From assembly GCA_017885655.1 (NCBI GenBank), contig JAFNFQ010000026.1, positions 2,505 through 66,504 on the forward strand: a stretch of DNA of 64,000 nt, in the 5' to 3' direction. The position numbers and the translations under genes were made by a program. This stretch comes from Methanobacteriota archaeon (GTDB taxonomy: Archaea > Thermoplasmatota > Thermoplasmata > RBG-16-68-12 > JAFNFQ01). The notes under the pieces were generated by a model. That model made no database searches and had not been told where the DNA came from. It saw only the letters and a list, made by a program, of their open reading frames with translations. Positions 56,501 to 64,000 of this stretch are shown here, piece by piece; positions within the stretch are counted from its first letter, which is position 1; each line of letters opens with the position of its first letter.

Positions 56501-57952
56501 TCAATCTGAACGCCGGCTCATCGTTTTCACGGTCGGACCGGTCGGGGAAAACATCTCCCGCTTCCATCGGACAACCATCCCCCGAGAAATGAACCACGAG
56601 ATCGCCAAGAGAACCCCGGACTCCGTCAGCAATGACATCCACGCAAGCAAAGGATTACTCCGGATCAAGAAGGATACTATGGCCACAAGCACCAGAGGAG
56701 GGATGATCGCTCCCCCGAACTTTGCCAAGACTCTCACGTCGAACAGCATGGTATTCGTCCACAGCCCCGTCAGCCGCGCCGTCACGCCCGCCACATAGAC
56801 GGTAGTAGCCGCCGCTACAAGCAGCGACAAAGGAACTAAATCCAACTGCCCATTAAGAACGCCAATGACCACGACATAGGAACAGGATATGACGGCCGTC
56901 AGCAGGAAATAGAGCACGAGCTTCGCTCTGATAACCTGATCCGGGGTCACCGGCTGGACATTCATGAACTCATTTGTCTCGATGTTCGTCAACCAGGAAT
57001 AGACCATGACACCAAGGAAACCGACCATTCCGCCGTAGAAGATTCCGTTGAACTCAATCGGCACACCTATCCCTGAACGGAAGATCCACGCGAGCATGTA
57101 GATCGCGAGGAGTGGCCCCAAGAACCCGCCAACCACCGCACCTAGCGCCCCGCTCCGGCGGAGCTCCAGCCACTCCTTCGCCACGAGGGTCTTCAGAGGG
57201 CCGGAGAAGGAGAACCTGCTTTCCGTAGGCAGTAGCGCACTCTCATACATTCTGATTGGAGACTCGAAACGCTCCTTGGTCAGGAGGACCGCAGCCGCTG
57301 ATAGCAGGAAAGCGAGGATTGCGGAGATCAAGAGGAACCACGGATTCTTGTCTGTCCAGAAACCCAGCGGCGGGAGGATTTGGCCGGCGGTCAGGATCTT
57401 CAGTGGCCAGACCAAGGCGACGAGCCCGAGGACGGCCAATAGCCCGGCGAGCGACACGGCCCTCGATCGCGTCGAAACCGTTGACGCCAAGAAGGAAAGC
57501 GACATACCGATCATGAAAGCGAGGAAGAGGGTGAGGCCGAGAAGGCCGACGCTGGTCAATGAGGCATTGGCGAAGGGCGCGCCCACTGCGATCCCGCCGA
57601 CGATCGGCACGATGGCGTAGAGGATGTAGAACATTGCGTCCTTCAGAAAGAAGATTGCCATGACTCTGCTGAACGAGATAGGCTGCAGGGAAGGCAGCGC
57701 TAGCAGGACGTTCATCCGGCCCAGGCGCCTCGTCATCACCTGCTCCCCGATGCGGCCGAGCGCCCCGACGCCGAGGCCGTAAAGCACGCTCCCTGCATGG
57801 AGCATCAAGAGCACGGTCGGGACATCGACGCCTTTGAACCTTGAAAAAGTTACTGCAAGGACGACGGACAGGAAGAATATCATGACCGGGAAGAAACCGG
57901 ACCCGATGGAGCCCACGAACGACCTGTGGAGTCGTAGCTCCTCCTTGAACAT
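56501..57952 (-). CDS. ABC-2 type transporter permease (≈12 TM)
   Basis: 483 aa polytopic; immediately downstream of and co-oriented with the ABC ATPase gene. Confidence 0.7.
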   Translation of the reverse strand: MFKEELRLHRSFVGSIGSGFFPVMIFFLSVVLAVTFSRFKGVDVPTVLLMLHAGSVLYGLGVGALGRIGEQVMTRRLGRMNVLLALPSLQPISFSRVMAIFFLKDAMFYILYAIVPIVGGIAVGAPFANASLTSVGLLGLTLFLAFMIGMSLSFLASTVSTRSRAVSLAGLLAVLGLVALVWPLKILTAGQILPPLGFWTDKNPWFLLISAILAFLLSAAAVLLTKERFESPIRMYESALLPTESRFSFSGPLKTLVAKEWLELRRSGALGAVVGGFLGPLLAIYMLAWIFRSGIGVPIEFNGIFYGGMVGFLGVMVYSWLTNIETNEFMNVQPVTPDQVIRAKLVLYFLLTAVISCSYVVVIGVLNGQLDLVPLSLLVAAATTVYVAGVTARLTGLWTNTMLFDVRVLAKFGGAIIPPLVLVAIVSFLIRSNPLLAWMSLLTESGVLLAISWFISRGMVVRWKREMFSPTGPTVKTMSRRSD

Positions 57953-57992
57953 CAGTGAAAACAGGCGGCGGTTCGTTGATTTCGCCAGTCCC

Positions 57993-58829
57993 TCACTCCT
58001 CCGTCACGAGCCGCATGAATATATCCTCCAGGCGCTCGCCCGCCTTGGACCGAATCTCATCCAAGGCGCCTATCGCCACTATCCCGCCACGGTTGATTAT
58101 GGCAAGCCGCGTGCAGAGCTTCTCAGCGATCTCCAGGATGTGCGTGCACATGAAGATGGTCTTGCCCTTCCTGACATGCTCGGCCAGGTATTCCCGCACC
58201 TTGCGCTGGAAGACCGGGTCGAGGTTTATGAAAGGCTCGTCCAGGAGCAGGAGTTCCGGTTCGGGGATGAATGCGGAGGCGAGCATGATCTTCTGCCTCT
58301 GGCCCTTCGAGAGGTCGCGGCACAGCACGTCCTTCTTCTCCCTGATGTCGAAGAAATCCAGCCATTTGTCGACGCGCTCCTGGACTTTGTCCAGATCCCG
58401 GAGGCGACATACGAGCTCGAGGAACTCCTGGACGGTGAGGAAAGTCGGCGGGGTCTCGGACTCGGGGACGATCCCCACCTTCCTTTTGATGGCGATGCCG
58501 TCGCTGAAGGACACCCCCATGGTCTCTCCTTCCCCCTTATCCGGGGAGAGCTGACCGGTGAGTATCCGCACGAGAGTCGTCTTCCCGGCCCCGTTGGGAC
58601 CGAGGAGACCGAAGAATTCGCCTCTACCGACGGAGAAGCTCACGCCGTCGACGGCACGGACCTCGCCGAAAGCCTTGGCTATGCCGGAAACCCTGATTGC
58701 CGGCGTCGACCGCGGAGTTGTTGATGGAGCGCCACCCGATGCGGACATCTCCACGCAAGAAACGACGGATGTTCTTATTCTCTTCCCCTCGGCTCGCGCT
58801 GTTTGATACCGAGCCCTGCTGGCAACCAC
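57993..58829 (-). CDS. ABC transporter ATP-binding protein
   Basis: Walker A GPNGAGKTT, Q-loop, signature LSKGQRQK, Walker B LLLDEP. Start may be an internal Met. Confidence 0.85.
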   Translation of the reverse strand: MVASRARYQTARAEGKRIRTSVVSCVEMSASGGAPSTTPRSTPAIRVSGIAKAFGEVRAVDGVSFSVGRGEFFGLLGPNGAGKTTLVRILTGQLSPDKGEGETMGVSFSDGIAIKRKVGIVPESETPPTFLTVQEFLELVCRLRDLDKVQERVDKWLDFFDIREKKDVLCRDLSKGQRQKIMLASAFIPEPELLLLDEPFINLDPVFQRKVREYLAEHVRKGKTIFMCTHILEIAEKLCTRLAIINRGGIVAIGALDEIRSKAGERLEDIFMRLVTEE

Positions 58830-58844
58830 CGCAACTATTAACTC

Positions 58845-59300
58845 ATGGCCGGACCATATATTCTATTCGTTCAGGGCTCGCAGGGGTTAGGGGGAATGAG
58901 GGAACACCATCGTAGCTTTGGCGAAGCGCTCTTCAGCAGGGTCAGAAGTCGGTGGTTCGTCTACCTCGCGATGAGCGTGTTCTACTGCCTCGACATCTAC
59001 CTGACGCTGCTCGTCCTGGGGAGCGGATTCAGCAAGGAGTCGAACGCAGTAAGTCGGTACGTGCTGTCCGCCTCTGGTCCTGGAGGCTGGGTGGCATTCC
59101 GCGTAATCATGCTCACCATGACGACTGTGGCGCTTCTATCGACGTTCACTCTTGCCACAATCTCCCTGAAGCAGGCCGGTCGGGAGAGCACGATCGACAG
59201 AGTCGAGGAAATCACCGTCGGGTCCGTCATGTTGTTCTATGCAATCGCCATCGTCCACAACCTCGTGGCGATCATGGCGCCTCTTCCTCGCTGGACGTAG
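58845..59300 (+). CDS. small membrane protein (3-4 TM), hypothetical
   Basis: 151 aa; WFVYLAMSVFYCLDIYLTLLVLG…; possible internal start MREHH…. Confidence 0.4.
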   Translation: MAGPYILFVQGSQGLGGMREHHRSFGEALFSRVRSRWFVYLAMSVFYCLDIYLTLLVLGSGFSKESNAVSRYVLSASGPGGWVAFRVIMLTMTTVALLSTFTLATISLKQAGRESTIDRVEEITVGSVMLFYAIAIVHNLVAIMAPLPRWT

Positions 59301-59382
59301 AGAACCCTAAGAGAAGGGGGGCCAGGTGACCGCCGTAGGCCCCCTTATGTGGAATTATCGTGCGAATCGTCGTTTGTCCCCC

Positions 59383-59425
59383 CAAGCCCCGCTCTCGCTG
59401 GCGGGGCACCTTCCCTTTTTCAATA
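59383..59425 (+). terminator. GC hairpin + T-tract (CCCCGC-tctcgctg-GCGGGG…CCTTTTTC), copy 1 of a repeated ~50-bp element
   Basis: Seen directly, downstream of the 58845..59300 gene. Related copy at 60065..60118. Confidence 0.4.
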
Positions 59426-59505
59426 TTCGAGTCAGCTCAAAGATTGTAGAATATCGCGGGCGGAAACAGTAATACAAACCTTGACTCTATCCTTGCATGT
59501 GATAC

Positions 59506-60036
59506 TTGATGGACGAATGCCTCAAATGCGGGAAATGCTGCATTGAGTTCAGCGGTGGCATATCCTTAGAGGCCGATGACTGCATGCTGGTTTTGATGCA
59601 TGTCAGCCAACTTGCTGGGAAACTAGAGGCGCTCGGCACCAGCTCCAATGACCATGGTGAGACTCTTGGTGAAATACTGGAAATCCTACGCGGTATTGAC
59701 TTTCCGATGCCTATCGCCTATGTAGGTTCTGACATACCAGGGGTCGAACTCATCCTAGGCGAAATCGAACATGAGAGGTTCCAGTGTGAGTGTGGTTGTT
59801 GGGTGACGCGGGATGATCATCTAGAAGACGAGGATGCATACAGATGCCCGAGATGCAAGAGACTCATAGTTGACTTTGTCGTCTCACATTGCGCTTGGTA
59901 TGACCCTGTGACTTCGCGATGCAAGTTCCACGACATACGACCCCGGATGTGCAGAGACTACCCGACCAAGGACAGCAATTACGCCTGTCTTAATGGGGTG
60001 GTGTTCTCTCCAGAACATGACCAAGAAGCGCCCTAG
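59506..60036 (+). CDS. YkgJ/UPF0153-family Cys-rich protein (CxxCGxCC motif), in low-GC cassette
   Basis: MMDECLKCGKCCIEF… plus C-terminal CPRCKRL…C…C. ~50% GC and A/T-ending codons, unlike neighbours. Confidence 0.6.
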   Translation: MMDECLKCGKCCIEFSGGISLEADDCMLVLMHVSQLAGKLEALGTSSNDHGETLGEILEILRGIDFPMPIAYVGSDIPGVELILGEIEHERFQCECGCWVTRDDHLEDEDAYRCPRCKRLIVDFVVSHCAWYDPVTSRCKFHDIRPRMCRDYPTKDSNYACLNGVVFSPEHDQEAP

Positions 60037-60064
60037 ATCGCACGGTCATCCGTGCACTTGTCCG

Positions 60065-60118
60065 ACCAAGCCCCGCTCGCAAGGGCGGGAGCACCCTTAC
60101 CTTTTTCTTGGTTCAATC
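60065..60118 (+). terminator. GC hairpin + T-tract, copy 2 (CCAAGCCCCGCTCGCAAGGGCGGGAGCACCCTTACCTTTTTC)
   Basis: ~80% identical to the 59383..59425 element; immediately downstream of the YkgJ-family gene. Confidence 0.4.
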
Positions 60119-60290
60119 AGATGAGTGCACTAAAGGGCAGAGGTCGCGAGAAAGGATGAGAGTCAGGTTCTTTGGCACGGAGGCCTTCAGGGGCGCCTCG
60201 CCTCGCAAGGTGGACCCGAGGTTTTCCGTGAATGACCTTTTCAGAGCCTAACAAGGGGGGCAAAAGTTCTTTTCAAAGAATCTCATTGGG

Positions 60291-60761
60291 GTGCCCGTGG
60301 AATCGCAGCCCCCCGCAGGCGACCCGAAGCTCCGCGCGCTCAATCTCCGGGTCCAATCCGCGGAAGAGTCGCTCTTGGCGGCGAAGCTCTACTGCAAGGT
60401 CACGCACCTCGAGACGACAGCTGCGAACCTCATGCTCTCCAGTCTGAAGCACCAGGAGCAGGCGGAATTGGCCACCGAAAGAGGCCAGCGCTTCTACGAC
60501 AAGATGAAGGAGCAGGACGCCGCCGTTGCCAAGGACAAGAGCCTCCAACATACCCTCGCCGCGGAGATTTTGAGGGCAAGGGAGAAGGCGATGAAACTCT
60601 CGGCCGAGGCCTCCGCTCACGAGAAGAAGTCCGGCGAGGCGGAGGAGAGCGCGAGGAGCGTCCTGGCGGAGAGCGAGGGGCTCAGGAGAGAGCGGGACAA
60701 GCACCTCATCGAAGCGAAGAGACTTGAGGCCGAGGCGGTCCGTGTCGAGAGCATGTTCTAG
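60291..60761 (+). CDS. coiled-coil protein, hypothetical
   Basis: 156 aa, A/E/K/L-rich heptads. Start uncertain. Confidence 0.4.
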   Translation: MPVESQPPAGDPKLRALNLRVQSAEESLLAAKLYCKVTHLETTAANLMLSSLKHQEQAELATERGQRFYDKMKEQDAAVAKDKSLQHTLAAEILRAREKAMKLSAEASAHEKKSGEAEESARSVLAESEGLRRERDKHLIEAKRLEAEAVRVESMF

Positions 60762-63700
60762 TCCGCTTTCCCGTCCTTCTCTTTCATTTCGCTGGTCTGG
60801 CCGGTCTCTTCCTGACCCTCTTCCGTTTCCGATTCGCCCTCTTTCTTCCTGCGCCTCAATAGCAGCAGCAGGATGGCGGCGATGAGGATGATCGCGACGA
60901 GCGCAACGGCTAGAATGACCATCGGATCGAGCGCGTTCTGGACTGGCTTCTCGGAGACATTGACAATGAATGATGCTGAGGTGTTGCGGTCCGCCGAGTC
61001 GAAGACAGTCAGGGTGACCGTGTACGCGCCGGCTGCCGTAAAGGTGTAATTCTTCAGCATCCCCTCAATCGTCTCATCTACTCCGGGTCCGACTATCCGC
61101 CACACATAGCGGACTATTCCGAAGTCGTCATGCGACGCCGATCCATCGAAGTCTAGTCGCGTGCCAGCCGTGATGTTCTGATCGACGCCCGCCACGGCGA
61201 CGGGCGGTTGTCCGACCGCCACGATCCAATCTCCGGAAAGGGAGGCGGTGTTGCCGCTCGTGTCCTCGGCGGAGATGGTGTAGTGATTCAGGCCGGGGAC
61301 AGAGAGACGTCCTTGAAACTCACAGACTCCTGCGGGAAGCTGCGTGATCGTCAGCGAGCCCCAGCTCGAGGGTGTCCATGCAACGCTCACGGCGTCGATG
61401 GCGGTACTGACAGCGAAGTTGTCCGTGACGCGAATGGTCAAGGTTGTCTCGTTATAAGTCTCGCTCGCTGTCCCTTGCAAGGAAACCAGCTGGATGACGG
61501 GGGGTGTCGAGTCTATGACAAGGAAGTCGCTCGCCGATAGCGCATGGTTATTGCTCAAATCAGTTGCCCAGAGCGAGTATGCGTAGGTCCCGAGCGCGAT
61601 GCCGCGGACATCGTACTCGAACGCTCCTGAGGTCACGTTGAACGTCATGGAATCGTTGCCCAGCGAAGTCCCGCTGGGATTCCAGACCTCAACCTTCACG
61701 CTGACGGGCTGGACGTCGGTCACGACGGCCGAGATTCTCACCCAATCTGGCACTTCGGCCGGATCGGACGTTGCCTGAACGATTCCGAACACGGGCGGGG
61801 TCCGGTCGACGATGAGGAAGCTGCCAGGCGATGACGCCTTGTTCCCGTACAGGTCGTAAGCCCAGACCGTGATATCGTAGGGACCGAGGATGGAATAGAC
61901 CTGCGAGTAGGTCCAGTTGTCCTCCCACGGGACTGTTCTGGTCATCGAGAAGTTGCCAATCGAGATTGACCCTGGTCCCGTGACGTTGGTCCAGACCGAG
62001 TCGATATGCGGGTCTGTCACCCATGCAGTCACCGCCACGGTCTGCCCGTAGGATTGGATTGGCGGCGTCGCGGTGACTGATACGAACACTGGTGGGAAGC
62101 CGTCGGTGATCACGAAGCTGCCGCAGGCGCTTGCGGGGTTGTTCGATGTGTCAAACGCGAAGAAGCAATAGGTCCACTGGCCGAGCGCCGCGAACGACAT
62201 CATGTAGCTGTAGTTGTCGTCTGCGGGCCCATTGCGGATTGCGGTGAAGTTGCCGGAGGGGATCCCTGCAGGATCCCAGAAGGCCACGTTCACGGTGTCG
62301 AGGAACTTGTCCGTCACCCAGGCGGTGAATGTCACGGTCATGCCGTAGTTCTGGGGCGATGGCACCGCCGCTTTCTGAACAATCACCGGCGGCGTCGTGT
62401 CAACAACATCGAACGAACCGGTGGTCGTGTTCCATTTGTTGCTCGTGTCGTTCGCCCAGATCGTCACCGTGTAGGTGCCAAGGGCGCTGTAGGCTACGTT
62501 GAGGTAATACAGGTTCTGGGCAGTGTCGTATGCCATGCTCAAGTTGCCCAGCGGGACGCCCGAGGGGTTCCTTATGCCCGCCCAAGTGCCGTAAACCGCG
62601 ATGTCGTCAGTCACCCTCACGCTGATGTTGACAGGTGAGCCGCTCTCCGCGGCGGGAGGGGTGAACGTGAGCAGATCGACGTTTGGTGGGTAGAGGTCCC
62701 ACACGCCGACATACAGGGTCAGTATCCTCAACGGGCCCCAGTTGTCGGACTGGTCCCTGCCCCTGAACCCGAGAGTGTAGACGCCCACGGGCACGGACGT
62801 CAGGTCGATGTCCAGCGTGGCGTCCTCGGTTGATGAGTCGTAACCGCCGTCAGTGGGCCCGAGCACGTTGCCTTTGCCCACGCCCGGGTCAGCACCCCAG
62901 AAGTACTCAGCGTATGTGACGATGCCGCCCCCGGTCGTCTCATCGGAGATTGTCACCTGCACAGTTGTTGAAGTGGCGGTCATCGTGGGATTCGGCGTCG
63001 CGGTCAACTGCGTCACGAGAGGACCTTCCGCGTCACCGGTCATGCTGTACGCGACCCTGAGACGGGGCGCGATGATCGAGTTGTCGTTGCCGGTGAACCA
63101 CTTGAAGAGGACTATGCCGGGCGGAGAGGGCGGACCGTCGAGGCGGAAGGAGATGCTTCCGCTGTTCACCCTCGCCCTCAGCATGTCGAATTGACTCGGC
63201 TGGAAGTTGAATGCGTTCCACTCCCCGGGCACGAGGTCGGGGTATGTGAGCGTGGGCTGGATCGTCGCGTCGACCGCGGCGCCGTTTATAGCCGTGTAGC
63301 CCTTCGTGGTCCAACCTGCATCTATGCTCGAGTTGAGCAATCTGAGGTTCCATGTCCCTGTCGCTTCGTATTCCCATGCCTCCGCGAGCGCTTCGAACGA
63401 AGCTTTCAATATTGTCGCGCCTGGCGGTATCGGAGTCGCGCTGGTGTCCAGCTGTGCAGCCCCGCGGTACGTCCCTTGGACGCCGAGACCGGACAGAATC
63501 TCCGGCCCGGTGAAGTAGTTGAGCAATGGCTCGTTGGATTTCACATAGCCGACATAGCCATATTCCGTTCTGACCACGATGCCGTGCATGGTCACGAACC
63601 TGTAGTGGCTCCCGCCATTGTTCGCGACCGCTGTGTTTCCCGCCTCATCGGCTGATTGAACATCGTAGTAGTAGGTGGTGCCCGGTGCGAGGCCGGTGAG

Positions 63701-64000
63701 GAGGACGGAATGGTCGAAGGTGAGGCCCGCCAGGTGCCTGCTGCTGCCTAGGGCGGGAGTCTCGCCGTAGAGGACCGTGCTGTCCGCGAGCTCGTTCGTC
63801 TCCCAATGTATTGTCGCGTAGTCGATGTCGGGCACTGCGTAGACGCCACTAATGACCGGGCGTATCGCGTCGATCCGCGCCGTCGCGGTCCTTGTGGCGG
63901 GCGGGTCCGCGTCGATGTACTCGACCCTGATGGTGTCCCCGTCCTTCACTTCGAGCTTCCCCGCCACCGGCGTCCCCGCAACCAGCTCGATCGAGCCGGT
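60758..64000 (-). CDS. large type-I membrane-anchored surface protein with repeated Ig/FN3-like ~90-aa modules; 5'-partial (continues beyond window end)
   Basis: No stop in frame from 63967 to 64000. At least four repeats beginning D(T/S/R)TPPV… and ending …VTD. C-terminal TM (ILAVALVAIILIAAILLLLL) followed by an RRRKK + acidic tail. No PGF-CTERM. Confidence 0.8.
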   Translation of the reverse strand, partial: TGSIELVAGTPVAGKLEVKDGDTIRVEYIDADPPATRTATARIDAIRPVISGVYAVPDIDYATIHWETNELADSTVLYGETPALGSSRHLAGLTFDHSVLLTGLAPGTTYYYDVQSADEAGNTAVANNGGSHYRFVTMHGIVVRTEYGYVGYVKSNEPLLNYFTGPEILSGLGVQGTYRGAAQLDTSATPIPPGATILKASFEALAEAWEYEATGTWNLRLLNSSIDAGWTTKGYTAINGAAVDATIQPTLTYPDLVPGEWNAFNFQPSQFDMLRARVNSGSISFRLDGPPSPPGIVLFKWFTGNDNSIIAPRLRVAYSMTGDAEGPLVTQLTATPNPTMTATSTTVQVTISDETTGGGIVTYAEYFWGADPGVGKGNVLGPTDGGYDSSTEDATLDIDLTSVPVGVYTLGFRGRDQSDNWGPLRILTLYVGVWDLYPPNVDLLTFTPPAAESGSPVNISVRVTDDIAVYGTWAGIRNPSGVPLGNLSMAYDTAQNLYYLNVAYSALGTYTVTIWANDTSNKWNTTTGSFDVVDTTPPVIVQKAAVPSPQNYGMTVTFTAWVTDKFLDTVNVAFWDPAGIPSGNFTAIRNGPADDNYSYMMSFAALGQWTYCFFAFDTSNNPASACGSFVITDGFPPVFVSVTATPPIQSYGQTVAVTAWVTDPHIDSVWTNVTGPGSISIGNFSMTRTVPWEDNWTYSQVYSILGPYDITVWAYDLYGNKASSPGSFLIVDRTPPVFGIVQATSDPAEVPDWVRISAVVTDVQPVSVKVEVWNPSGTSLGNDSMTFNVTSGAFEYDVRGIALGTYAYSLWATDLSNNHALSASDFLVIDSTPPVIQLVSLQGTASETYNETTLTIRVTDNFAVSTAIDAVSVAWTPSSWGSLTITQLPAGVCEFQGRLSVPGLNHYTISAEDTSGNTASLSGDWIVAVGQPPVAVAGVDQNITAGTRLDFDGSASHDDFGIVRYVWRIVGPGVDETIEGMLKNYTFTAAGAYTVTLTVFDSADRNTSASFIVNVSEKPVQNALDPMVILAVALVAIILIAAILLLLLRRRKKEGESETEEGQEETGQTSEMKEKDGKAD

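Overview
High-GC (~60%) archaeal chromosomal segment. Most likely a euryarchaeal or Thermoplasmatota-like lineage, judged from the archaeal/eukaryotic-type ribosomal proteins L19e/L32e/S4e, SUI1, RNase P p29, FEN-1, ThyX, geranylgeranyl reductase and DUF72. Bases 3.1-17.0 kb hold a long, tightly coupled minus-strand ribosomal-protein operon (L3-L4-L23-L2-S19-L22-S3-L29-SUI1-Rnp1-S17-L14-L24-S4e-L5-S14-S8-L6-L32e-L19e-L18-S5-L30-L15-SecY). Neighbouring genes overlap by ATGA/GTGA, and several starts are non-ATG. Downstream of it lie argF and a DUF457 hydrolase. The remaining ~47 kb is accessory-like. It carries a CPA2 antiporter and three tandem Ras/Rab-like small GTPase paralogs, each with its own TATA box. 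It carries aspS and a radical-SAM / ferredoxin / geranylgeranyl-reductase operon (candidate lipid-modifying). Two tandem paralogous ~1560-aa secreted FG-GAP/PD40 proteins are separated by an array of a palindromic 16-19 bp motif. Further along are two DUF72 paralogs, an SDR, a ~570-bp degenerate ~21-bp tandem-repeat array, and FEN-1. A 944-aa membrane / coiled-coil / KaiC-like (degenerate Walker A) protein, LarA-like, thyX, dodecin, a bacterioferritin-like protein and an ABC-2 transporter follow. A low-GC YkgJ-family cassette is flanked by hairpin+T-tract direct repeats, and a partial large type-I surface protein closes the window. No rRNA, convincing tRNA, CRISPR array, transposase or integrase was seen. 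Three likely genes are absent from the ORF track: a 5'-gene running off the window start, a 52-aa RHH protein, and S14.
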